IMG/VR virus record: IMGVR_UViG_3300027708_000032
Coordinates: 1-64,000 of that record
DNA from: a virus
Strand: one strand, 5' to 3'
Length of the DNA stretch: 64,000 bases
Numbering within the stretch: the stretch's first letter is position 1; each line of letters opens with the position of its first letter. This document shows, piece by piece, positions 18,152 through 26,845 of this stretch. The notes beneath the pieces were generated by a model. The model did not search any database, was not told the origin of the DNA, and worked only from the letters and a program-made list of their open reading frames with translations. The position numbers and the translations under genes were made by a program.

Positions 18152-18598
18152 ATGAAAAATTTTAATAAAGTTATCACCGTAGAAGTATCAGTAGACTCTA
18201 TTGCTAACATGTTATTAGACTCTATGTCTCCAGAGTTTAAACACAAAGAATTGGTAGCAGAAGCTATAGTAGGTAGAATGATGAACGATGGTTCATTAGG
18301 ATATCTATATAACTCTCTTAATGGTTATCCTACAACTATTGACTTTCAAGTAGGTGATGAAGTTAGTTCTAACTCTGGCTTTAGAGCTTATGCTTATTGG
18401 ACACCTGAGTCTATTGAGAAGAACGACAGCTGTTATGGTTCTGTAAAGAGTGGTAAGATAATAGAGATTAATGAGTATGGAGATCAAAAATTGAGAATAG
18501 AGTATCAGGTTCCTAATAAGAAAGGAGAAATGGATACCAACACTCAATGGGTTAAACATACTGATTGGAACAGAGTGGTTGTAGAAGCTGCTCTATAG
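18152..18598 (+). CDS. hypothetical protein (SH3-like C-terminal part)
   Basis: FQVGDEV...GKIIEI...IEY pattern. Confidence 0.6.
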   Translation: MKNFNKVITVEVSVDSIANMLLDSMSPEFKHKELVAEAIVGRMMNDGSLGYLYNSLNGYPTTIDFQVGDEVSSNSGFRAYAYWTPESIEKNDSCYGSVKSGKIIEINEYGDQKLRIEYQVPNKKGEMDTNTQWVKHTDWNRVVVEAAL

Positions 18599-18688
18599 TT
18601 ATTTAAGGTTGGCTGAACTAGTAATAGGGAGGCCAACCATTTCTTTTTAAAACAAACGGTAAGGCTACCATACACAGCCACAATTAGC

Positions 18689-18988
18689 ATGATGATACAT
18701 TATAACATTGCTAAAAAACAAGAAATTAACCCATTTGATGGTGTTAAAGTAGTAACTCTTTCTAGCTGTTCAAGAGGTAAGGAACTGTTACAGGGCTTCT
18801 TTGATAGAAAGTCTGAAGATAGTGTAGAAACAAGGAAGATAAATGGTTCATGGGTGATAGCCTATGATATTAACCATTTAGATTACACCACTATAATGGA
18901 ATGGTACAGTCCTATCAGAGGTAAGTTCCAGTTTAGAGGACAGTGGATACACTTCACTATAGAAGATGATGTAATGGCTTGTTTCTAA
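18689..18988 (+). CDS. hypothetical protein
   Basis: ORF track; followed by hairpin 18992-19012 plus T-run. Confidence 0.55.
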   Translation: MMIHYNIAKKQEINPFDGVKVVTLSSCSRGKELLQGFFDRKSEDSVETRKINGSWVIAYDINHLDYTTIMEWYSPIRGKFQFRGQWIHFTIEDDVMACF

Positions 18989-19019
18989 AGCATTGGGTGT
19001 GTACAGCCCAATTTTTGCT

Positions 19020-19553
19020 CATAAGGGAGATAAAAGGCTACCGAATGACTAGTGATACTCTAGTTACTGTAATAGAGAGCAATACAGTAGTAAATCTAAT
19101 TATACCTAACAGGATAGGTATGTCCCGTTATCTTAAGTACTGAACATCATAGGGAAAAGGCTCTAAGCATAAGGAGAACAACAATGCTATTAGCTTAAGG
19201 TAAACAAACAAAGTCGTAAGGGGAACATTATGCTGACCCAAGCCATACGTTAAGTGGCTCATTTATGTAACCAACTTCTAATTCCCTGGATCAGGGTTGC
19301 ACCGCTTGTAGGCCATGGTGTGTAATGTAAAACAACCTTCCAATGGTGGTAACGAGCCCACTATTCCTAATGCATCAGATATAATATGTCTGTAGTGAAT
19401 CCACATAAGGGCGTCCACCTTCAACAAGTGGCAGTGGTTATCTACGTCAATGTAACCCTTTAAAAAAGGTTGCGGATATATTACATCTGTTGCATATAGG
19501 AAAAAAACAGGTATGGGACTGAGGCCCTACTAACACATCTAGCGGACCTGTTT
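19020..19553 (+). ncRNA. large (~530 nt) structured non-coding RNA candidate
   Basis: ORF-free; many stems, including ~31-bp helix 19364-19394/19471-19502 with G-U pairs and AAACAGGT/ACCTGTTT. Confidence 0.6.
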
Positions 19554-19601
19554 GTTTTATTTTGTATTCATATTCATCACACCTATAAAAATTCATTAAA
19601 C

Positions 19602-19841
19602 ATGAAAATGGAACTTACACGTAATGCTGACAATAAGATTGTTGGCTACAAGTTAATCAAAGAAGCATCTGATGATGTAGAAACCTTTGAAACGGTTAGA
19701 GACATGTATTTCTGGTCTTTAGATCAGAAGGTATTAGTCTACGATGGTAGAACAAGTGATAAAACAACAGATGAAACTGTTGAACTTATGTTTTCTACCA
19801 AAGAACACCACAAACAAAAGATGGACAAAATTAATTCTTAA
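19602..19841 (+). CDS. hypothetical protein
   Basis: ORF track; A-rich leader. Confidence 0.65.
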   Translation: MKMELTRNADNKIVGYKLIKEASDDVETFETVRDMYFWSLDQKVLVYDGRTSDKTTDETVELMFSTKEHHKQKMDKINS

Positions 19842-19861
19842 CCACCTAAAAATTCATTAAC

Positions 19862-19999
19862 ATGAAACAGGTAACATTAACAATTAAAGAGTTTTATCTC
19901 TTTAAAGACATTGCTCATTTTATATATGAGTTTAGTGTAAACAACAATTTCATCACTATTAAAGCTGATTCCCATCAGTTAGAACTATTGGGCTATTAG
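19862..19999 (+). CDS. small hypothetical protein, 45 aa
   Basis: MKQVTLTIKEFYLFKDIAHF...; leader nearly identical to that of 19602. Confidence 0.55.
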   Translation: MKQVTLTIKEFYLFKDIAHFIYEFSVNNNFITIKADSHQLELLGY

Positions 20000-20000
20000 T

Positions 20001-20225
20001 ATGAAAAAGTTTATCATCTTTTGCAGTACAGCTGCTATACCATTTATACTAGTATGGATGGGTTTTATTCTCACTGGTTTTAGTTACAATCCTTTAGATA
20101 TATTTCAGAACGGAAACTTCTGGGGTGTAAGCGTTCTTTATTGGTTTCTATGGATATGTATGTCTCCACTAATAATGGAGACTATCAACGAAATACATAA
20201 CAAGAAACCAGTGAGTAAAATATAA
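20001..20225 (+). CDS. small membrane protein (2 TM)
   Basis: Two hydrophobic stretches. Confidence 0.6.
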   Translation: MKKFIIFCSTAAIPFILVWMGFILTGFSYNPLDIFQNGNFWGVSVLYWFLWICMSPLIMETINEIHNKKPVSKI

Positions 20226-20495
20226 GATAGTAGGAAGGTTTAGTGTCAACCTCAGAGCTCTTAGAGCAAAAACACTTTTTTATTTCATCATCATTTAAAT
20301 TATATACACTATGAAGTATGTATTAATTTCTCCTGTATGGGCAGTATTGTTTATACTATCTATGTTATTAGGTGGTATTATGTATCTATGGCAGTTTTCT
20401 CAAGATGATTTCTTTAGAGGTGCTAGATATATAAACGAAAACGTAATAAGATTTGGAGACTGGTATTTTAAACATTAATCTTAAAAACATTAAAC

Positions 20496-20744
20496 ATGAC
20501 TATTAAAGAAACAGCACTTAACATTGCTATAATAGTAATACTACTAACAGGATTGGTAGTAAGCTTTATGTACTCTTTTGAACAACGTAGAAAAGTTAAA
20601 GAATTACAGCGTATAAAAGACACTGCAGAATATCAGTTTATCATTACAGATGATAGCATCACTGTATATGATTATGGTAGAACAGTGGGTACGATTAAGT
20701 TAGACGGATCATTAGATAGTCTTATGATAGAAGATAATCAATAA
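20496..20744 (+). CDS. membrane-anchored hypothetical protein
   Basis: N-terminal TM helix. Confidence 0.6.
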   Translation: MTIKETALNIAIIVILLTGLVVSFMYSFEQRRKVKELQRIKDTAEYQFIITDDSITVYDYGRTVGTIKLDGSLDSLMIEDNQ

Positions 20745-20787
20745 TCCTTATATTTGTAACTAATTAACAAACCATAAAAAAACAGCA

Positions 20788-21252
20788 ATGAAAAAATTCA
20801 TTCTTATTCTTGCAGCATGTGCTACAACTACCGCATATGCCCAGAAAACAAAAATGTCCTACAAAGTAGGTGTAGTAACTAGTCTACCAGCTAATGTTAC
20901 AAGCACAAGTATTAATGCTGGTAGCACAATGTTAGAAGCCTCTAAAAAGGTTTCTAAAAAGATTTCTGCAACAGCTAATGTAGGATACATTAGATTAACA
21001 GCTACAGATGCTCCAATTTCACAGATTCCTGTGTTTGTGGGTGCAAGATACTCTGTAACTGATCAGTGGTACTTTGGTGCTGCTGCAGGTGTTACCATCT
21101 CAACCAAAAAGGGATATGGTAGCACAGAGTTTGGCTACAGTCCATACTTAGGTTATCAGAAAGGACATATCAGCGTAGATGCTAGATATTACCTATCTGG
21201 ATTACAAACACCGTTGTCTACTATTGGACTAGTGTTTAGCTACAGTTTATAA
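20788..21252 (+). CDS. outer-membrane beta-barrel protein (8-strand type)
   Basis: Sec signal ending AYA-Q; alternating amphipathic strands (IPVFVGARY, WYFGAAAG, SVDARY); terminal IGLVFSYSL; TAnnTTTG upstream. Confidence 0.75.
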   Translation: MKKFILILAACATTTAYAQKTKMSYKVGVVTSLPANVTSTSINAGSTMLEASKKVSKKISATANVGYIRLTATDAPISQIPVFVGARYSVTDQWYFGAAAGVTISTKKGYGSTEFGYSPYLGYQKGHISVDARYYLSGLQTPLSTIGLVFSYSL

Positions 21253-21268
21253 TTCTTGTTATTTTACC

Positions 21269-21346
21269 ATGAGCCCACTGATGGGCTGTAAACAATACCA
21301 CTATATTAGTATAATGGTAATGTTTAGAGCTCACTGGTGGGCTCAT
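21269..21346. repeat. long imperfect inverted repeat (~32-bp arms)
   Basis: ATGAGCCCACTGATGGGCTGTAAACAATACCA ... TGGTAATGTTTAGAGCTCACTGGTGGGCTCAT. Confidence 0.8.
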
Positions 21347-21615
21347 CCTTTTATGACATCATAACACTTAAAAAACATTTACATGAGTAAATACACCATT
21401 ATTAAAATATTATTGACAATTATTACGCTTGGTAGTTTAGTCTTATTTGCTATGACCTCTTGCCGTACAGGATATGGATGCCATGGTAACCAATCATGGA
21501 AACACATGGAGCGTAGGATAAATAGACCTTATTAAACTCATAAGGTGTATGATGGAGCCCTGAAACTTTTATAAGTGTAGGGGCTCATCTACATTAAACT
21601 TTTAAATATTTAACA

Positions 21616-22362
21616 ATGAAAAAGATAACATTATTAGTTCTTCCTTTTCTTTTTTCTTGTTCTATAGGAACAACAAAAGACGAAGAACATTTAGTTTATG
21701 GAATGGATGATGATATGTATTATTCTAAGCTAAAAACTATTGATCTTATTGAAGCACCCAATGGATATAAAAGAACAATAGTTTCTGATACGTCATTTGG
21801 TACTTTTTTAAGAACTCTTGAGTTATCAAATGATAACACAGTTTATTATTACAATAAAGAAAAAAGAGATGACCAAAATCAGTATGCAGTTATAGCACTG
21901 CCTCTTGATGGTGAGTTAGAGCAGTGTGCAGATTTTGTAATGAAACTTAGAATGTTGTACTTAAGAACTCAGAATAGAGATATTGTATTTTATGACAATG
22001 AAAACGGTGTGTATACATTGTCTAGTCCTTATAATAACTTTGAACAGTATAAACAAACAGTGTTTGGTATGTGTGGTAGCATGTCTTTATGTAAACATTT
22101 ACAACCAAGAGATATAAAAGATATACATATTGGTGATGTTTTTATAAGAGGTGGTTTTCCTGGTCATGTACAAATTGTAATAGATATTGTAGAAAATGCT
22201 GAAGGACATAAGATGTTTATGTTAGCAGAAGGATATACACCAGCTCAAAGTCCGCATATAATTAGAAACTCAAAAGATAATAGTCCATGGTTTAATTGTG
22301 ATGAAAGCATTATAGCTTCTTCTAGTTATTTATTCACTGCATCTGAATTAATGACATGGTAA
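21616..22362 (+). CDS. DUF4846-like lipoprotein (Cys/His NlpC/P60-related fold)
   Basis: Lipobox LFSC; LEQCADFVMKLR; IGDVFIRGGFPGHVQIV; LAEGYTPAQSPH. Confidence 0.7.
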   Translation: MKKITLLVLPFLFSCSIGTTKDEEHLVYGMDDDMYYSKLKTIDLIEAPNGYKRTIVSDTSFGTFLRTLELSNDNTVYYYNKEKRDDQNQYAVIALPLDGELEQCADFVMKLRMLYLRTQNRDIVFYDNENGVYTLSSPYNNFEQYKQTVFGMCGSMSLCKHLQPRDIKDIHIGDVFIRGGFPGHVQIVIDIVENAEGHKMFMLAEGYTPAQSPHIIRNSKDNSPWFNCDESIIASSSYLFTASELMTW

Positions 22363-22374
22363 ATACTAAATTTT

Positions 22375-22602
22375 ATGACTAAAGAACAAGCACAAAGAGA
22401 GACCATAAAACGTTTTACTAATCTTATAGATGGTAAAGTGTTACCGTTTGCATCTGTAGCAACCATTTTAAACTATTATGAGACGTTGTTAGCAGATAAT
22501 AAACCAAATGTAACATCACCATGTAATATTACAAAAAGCTTTGAAGAAGAGTGGGTTAAAGAACTTGAGCAAGAAGCTGCTGAATATGATGGTGATATTT
22601 AA
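22375..22602 (+). CDS. hypothetical protein
   Basis: ORF track. Confidence 0.55.
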   Translation: MTKEQAQRETIKRFTNLIDGKVLPFASVATILNYYETLLADNKPNVTSPCNITKSFEEEWVKELEQEAAEYDGDI

Positions 22603-22606
22603 GATA

Positions 22607-22830
22607 CGTGGCAAGTAGTTACTGCCTAGTGTGCCTTACATGATAAGAAATGGTATAACAACCATATAGGTATGCTGATAGGACATGGTTCTATCCAGGA
22701 GAACATCCTGGAATCAACAATTCAATATGTTTACCTAACCTGCCTAGACAAAACAGCACGGGAGAACAGAGAGCCTCCTGCAGGGACAGCCACGACACTT
22801 ATAAGTTGGGAAGAACAGAGTGTCACTTTT
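22607..22830 (+). ncRNA. structured RNA candidate (~220 nt) with GAACA loops
   Basis: CGTGGC/GCCACG closing stem; TAGTGTGCCT/AGGTATGCTG; TCCAGGA-GAACA-TCCTGGA; GACACT/AGTGTC followed by T-run. Confidence 0.55.
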
Positions 22831-22853
22831 AATAACATTTTAAAACCTATTAT

Positions 22854-23072
22854 ATGGGAAAAATGAAAGACTTGGTCATAGACCAAATGAACGATGAAGG
22901 TCCACAGTATGACTCTGCAGGATATACATCTGCAGATAATCAATTACATCCACCACCAGATGAAATAAACCTAGAGTCTGGATTATCCATGTGGGTTATT
23001 AAAGATATAAGAGTGTGGGCTACAGATTACCCACAAGCCTGTAAGCTTTATGAGATAATAGATAAATTCTAG
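22854..23072 (+). CDS. hypothetical protein
   Basis: ORF track. Confidence 0.6.
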   Translation: MGKMKDLVIDQMNDEGPQYDSAGYTSADNQLHPPPDEINLESGLSMWVIKDIRVWATDYPQACKLYEIIDKF

Positions 23073-23075
23073 TTT

Positions 23076-23636
23076 ATGAGAAAAACTGATTACTCTAAAG
23101 CACACAATAAAAAATTAGTTCAACAGATAGTATTTGATGACTTTAAAAGAAGAGGGATAAATAAGTTAATTGGTTTGGCTGGTCCAAACATTACTGATTA
23201 TCTTTCTTTTGTTAAGAGTAAAGGTATAAAACATGCCGAAGTGTATGAAAGAGACTATGTTAATCTCATTTACCAAATGGCAGACTTTAAACCACCTATC
23301 AAAACTGTTGTAAAGTATCAAGATATATACACTGCTGATTTATATCAGGATGTATTGTACGATCTTGACTTTTGTTGTACTATTAAGAATGCAGCACCCC
23401 ATATACAAAGATTCAAGAAGAATGCTATTGTTACACTTGCTTTAAGAAAAATAGGTTTAATGCCTACATTAAAGAAGTTTTGTAAACTAGTAAGCAATCT
23501 TAAACCGTACATACAACTAAATGTACAGGTTACAAACAACTACAAAATGCATATACTGCATTTTGAAGATTTATCATATACTGTCTATCAGTATCATGAT
23601 ACAACACCTATGGTGTTAATTAAACCCAATTTTTAA
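23076..23636 (+). CDS. possible class I SAM-dependent methyltransferase-like protein
   Basis: LIGLAGP...EVYERD...YDLDFC Rossmann-like spacing. Confidence 0.35.
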   Translation: MRKTDYSKAHNKKLVQQIVFDDFKRRGINKLIGLAGPNITDYLSFVKSKGIKHAEVYERDYVNLIYQMADFKPPIKTVVKYQDIYTADLYQDVLYDLDFCCTIKNAAPHIQRFKKNAIVTLALRKIGLMPTLKKFCKLVSNLKPYIQLNVQVTNNYKMHILHFEDLSYTVYQYHDTTPMVLIKPNF

Positions 23637-23657
23637 AAACATTTAAATTAAAAAACC

Positions 23658-23993
23658 ATGTCAAAAGGACTAAGATTTTACACTAGAGAAGAACTTAATG
23701 CATTACATCAGCTTGCTGTATCAGAAGCTCCTGTTAATAAAAAATTACTTGAACAGTTTTGTAAAGACTATAATAGATCTTTTCATTCTGCAGGATTAAA
23801 AGTTTATGAGTTTAGAAAGAAATTAAACATTGGAAATGCAAAACCTCCAAGAAATAAAACAGTTATGCCTAAAGCAGATCTTGTAAAAGATAGTTCTGTA
23901 GCAAAAATATCAAAGAATGAATTTAAAATTCCAGTAAACAACTGGAACATTACAAATGAAAACGGACAGATGTTTCTAAACATCAAGTTTTAA
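23658..23993 (+). CDS. hypothetical protein (HTH-like N-terminus)
   Basis: FYTREELNAL...YNRSFHS pattern. Confidence 0.55.
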   Translation: MSKGLRFYTREELNALHQLAVSEAPVNKKLLEQFCKDYNRSFHSAGLKVYEFRKKLNIGNAKPPRNKTVMPKADLVKDSSVAKISKNEFKIPVNNWNITNENGQMFLNIKF

Positions 23994-24020
23994 AATAGGT
24001 GAGGCTAGCATAAGCTAGTA

Positions 24021-24284
24021 CCTACATTATCGCGAGTAGTGTAGGAATAAGGGGCACGTTCTTGCTCTAACCAATCCAACTCAGGACACTGATCAACCAT
24101 GAACGTGTGTCTAGACAAGATTCTAGACTAATCAGGGATGAAAACATAACCTGTAATTGTGATCAGCCTATTACACCCTTGTTACGTTGGGACTTTGTCC
24201 TGTATCTACCATATGTGGAGCCTTAGAGCTGCTGCAGTGACTAGTAGTAATACATGCAGGGTGGGTTAAGCCCTGTATTTTTTT
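24021..24284 (+). ncRNA. multi-pseudoknot structured RNA candidate ending in a terminator
   Basis: Nested stems plus four long-range pairings from one loop; ATGCAGGG/CCCTGTAT plus T-tract at the 3' end. Confidence 0.65.
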
Positions 24285-24306
24285 ATACACTTAAAAATTT
24301 ACAATT

Positions 24307-24798
24307 ATGCTAAAATTTAAGCATGAAGAAGAACAGATGCATAAAGCATTGTGTTTATCAGATGAAGTAAAAGACAATGTTAGAGAGAAGATATTTTTCT
24401 CTACATTCAGTAACACTCTTGTAAAAGAAGAGTTATTTGATAACAAGGATGATGTTCCTGCACAGTTAACCACTGTTACTGGGATACTAGAGAAAGCTAT
24501 AGCCTTAGCTAATGAGCAAGAGTATGATTATATGTTGTTAACGTTTAATAACACACATGATTTAGCTCATAAAGCTCTTGCACATTATAAGATTCTTAGT
24601 GATGATACAACTAAAGAGGCAAGAACTAAGATGAAGCTTTTGGAGCTATTAGCAGGACTTAAAGAATTAGATATGGATGAGGCTGATGAAGTGAGAAGTT
24701 TAGCACCAACTAATCTTGTAAAAAGAGTTAAGATGGTTAAAAAGAGTGGGTACAATTTTGACAAATACATGGAGCTTATTGCTGATATAATGGAATAG
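24307..24798 (+). CDS. hypothetical helical protein
   Basis: ORF track. Confidence 0.65.
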   Translation: MLKFKHEEEQMHKALCLSDEVKDNVREKIFFSTFSNTLVKEELFDNKDDVPAQLTTVTGILEKAIALANEQEYDYMLLTFNNTHDLAHKALAHYKILSDDTTKEARTKMKLLELLAGLKELDMDEADEVRSLAPTNLVKRVKMVKKSGYNFDKYMELIADIME

Positions 24799-24830
24799 TT
24801 TATATTTGTTGTACACAAGACAAAACAACA

Positions 24831-25112
24831 ATGAAACAAAATCCACGTATTAGTAATGCTTATGGTATTGTTAATAAGAACATTATAATAGACCCTTCTT
24901 TAAACTTCGGCCAAAAGGCCATCTATGCATACTTATGTACGTATGCAGATATAAATAACGAATTACACGTTAGCGTTAGTAGGATAGCAGTGGAATGTGA
25001 TGTAGGACATAGCACTGTTAAAAGAATACTTGACCAGCTTCTTAAGAAAGGGATAATATCTCGTGAACGAAGAGGAGCTGGTCAATCATTTAAAACCATT
25101 TTATTAAAATAA
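24831..25112 (+). CDS. helix-turn-helix protein (HTH_36 / replication-initiator N-terminal type)
   Basis: IIIDPSLNFGQKAIYAYLCTYA...SVSRIAVECDVGHSTVKRILDQLLKKGII. Confidence 0.75.
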   Translation: MKQNPRISNAYGIVNKNIIIDPSLNFGQKAIYAYLCTYADINNELHVSVSRIAVECDVGHSTVKRILDQLLKKGIISRERRGAGQSFKTILLK

Positions 25113-25279
25113 TATACGATCTGAGGAGCCATACGAGTATAGAAGTGGGATCCAAGTATGTACGGTGAACACATAAGTATCAACCCGCATGACAGATAGG
25201 GCCTGGGAACTGAGAAAATGTAAGTAGCTATGGGATCAATGGTATCTCTAAATTAGAAAGTATGTCCCTCGGATGTATT
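25111..25279 (+). ncRNA. structured RNA candidate (~165 nt)
   Basis: ATCTGAGG..CATAC / GTATG..CCTCGGAT closing helix; inner GATCC/GGATC. Confidence 0.4.
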
Positions 25280-25290
25280 AACTTTGTTAT

Positions 25291-25599
25291 ATGGTAGAAT
25301 GCATATGTATAAATGATAAAGACAGACCCAAGGAAATACCTGCTAACAAATGGGTTAAAAAAGGTGAGCCATACACAGTGATATACACTGTCACTGTACT
25401 GCCACAAAAACAATTAGCGTTCCATTTAGCAGAGATAGAACTTGATGAGTCTTGTCATCCGTATGAGTATTTTCTTGCTCATAGGTTTGCGTTTACACAA
25501 GAAAACTTAGAAAAGCTCATAGAACTTATTAAAGACTGTAATGATACAGACTTTAGTATGGACGAGTTATTAAAACAAACAGAATTAGAAACAATCTAA
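25291..25599 (+). CDS. hypothetical protein
   Basis: ORF track; TAACTTTG directly upstream. Confidence 0.65.
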   Translation: MVECICINDKDRPKEIPANKWVKKGEPYTVIYTVTVLPQKQLAFHLAEIELDESCHPYEYFLAHRFAFTQENLEKLIELIKDCNDTDFSMDELLKQTELETI

Positions 25600-25608
25600 A
25601 TTTAAAAC

Positions 25609-25938
25609 ATGAACAAAAGAACATTTCAAATTGTAGATACAGCTGGTGATGGTTACAGTCATGATTATGATGTATCTGTAGAAATTACAGATGCAGGAAT
25701 AGTGTATACTATGTCTTATAGTATGAACCATTATTGGAATGAAAACAGAAGAGGAGAAAAGATTATGACTGTCACTGATGATGGTGATGGTTATGTAGTT
25801 AATCCAAAGTTTAGTAAAGCTATGGATTATGCTGAGATGGCAGAACTATTTGCTATGCTATCATTTATAAACTCTCAAGAAAAGTATGGTTTGTACAAGG
25901 GTGACATTTTAGAAACAACTTTTATTAAAAGCATATGA
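25609..25938 (+). CDS. hypothetical protein
   Basis: ORF track. Confidence 0.65.
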   Translation: MNKRTFQIVDTAGDGYSHDYDVSVEITDAGIVYTMSYSMNHYWNENRRGEKIMTVTDDGDGYVVNPKFSKAMDYAEMAELFAMLSFINSQEKYGLYKGDILETTFIKSI

Positions 25939-26171
25939 GGATAGCTCTTATATTGCTTGTGGTGCTTGCAAGTTGTTCTACTCGTAGGACAATTTGTAAG
26001 ACACCCACTAGACGAGAAATAAACAGAGCTATGAAATATAGCACATGGAAATATTCCCAACCATCTTTAAAAAATTATAGAAAATGACATTATTAATCTT
26101 AGCATCATGTACATCTACAGCATCTGTAATATGTGCAACGTTATTAGTAAAACACCTAAAAAAACAATCAA

Positions 26172-26516
26172 ATGAATGGAAATCTAAAATATAACCAAAC
26201 AGAATGGTTAGTTACACAAGAAGGTCAAGAAAGATCTTTTCCTATACATCCTGAACAACAAGATCAAATGGGTGTATTTGATAAGTTTAAAGAATATTCT
26301 GTACAATATAGTCTTTGTTATTTAGTAGAGTTTAAACTATATTGTGTAAAAATAGCACGTTCTAGTTTTCCAGAACCTGAAATAGAAAAGTCACACATTA
26401 ATGCTACAAGCATAGAAATAATAAATGATGATGAGTCTTTCTATATAGGTGAAAATCTAAGTATAGAAGTTGGATACAGAAACGATGTTATGAAGGTTTA
26501 TGTAAAAACTAAATAA
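26172..26516 (+). CDS. hypothetical protein
   Basis: ORF track; TAATG coupling. Confidence 0.6.
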   Translation: MNGNLKYNQTEWLVTQEGQERSFPIHPEQQDQMGVFDKFKEYSVQYSLCYLVEFKLYCVKIARSSFPEPEIEKSHINATSIEIINDDESFYIGENLSIEVGYRNDVMKVYVKTK

Positions 26517-26845
26517 TGGAAAAAGAAAACTTTGTGGACACTACATACTCTCTAGCTAAAAGTTTACATCATATAAACATAGCTAGAGAGTATTTAGAAG
26601 ATGTTAAAAGAGAAACCAAAGGAACCGTTAAAGACCTGTTTAATAACTATATTAACAAATGTGATTTTATTATACATAGTATGCGTGATAGACTTACACC
26701 TGAAAACAGAGAGGTATTTAAACAAGAACTTAGAGACTCATTCATGATAGAAGCTATCAATGATAAGCTTATACATTTGGATGAGCAACAACGTCTAGAA
26801 GTAGAAAACTTTATAGATGAATTAATTAAAAAAAGTAGTGTATGA
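26516..26845 (+). CDS. hypothetical protein
   Basis: ORF track; coupled overlaps. Confidence 0.65.
   Translation: MEKENFVDTTYSLAKSLHHINIAREYLEDVKRETKGTVKDLFNNYINKCDFIIHSMRDRLTPENREVFKQELRDSFMIEAINDKLIHLDEQQRLEVENFIDELIKKSSV

Noticed and set aside
19020-19553. tmRNA or RNase P RNA
   Set aside because: No tRNA-like ends with GGTTCGA/CCA and no GAGGAAAGTCC core
22672-22943. ORFs 22672-22866 (+) and 22731-22943 (-)
   Set aside because: No typical A-rich leader, atypical composition; the region is better explained by RNA structure
24080-24170. Hammerhead ribozyme from CTGATCA
   Set aside because: The core needs CTGANGA with stem II then GAAA in correct geometry; not met
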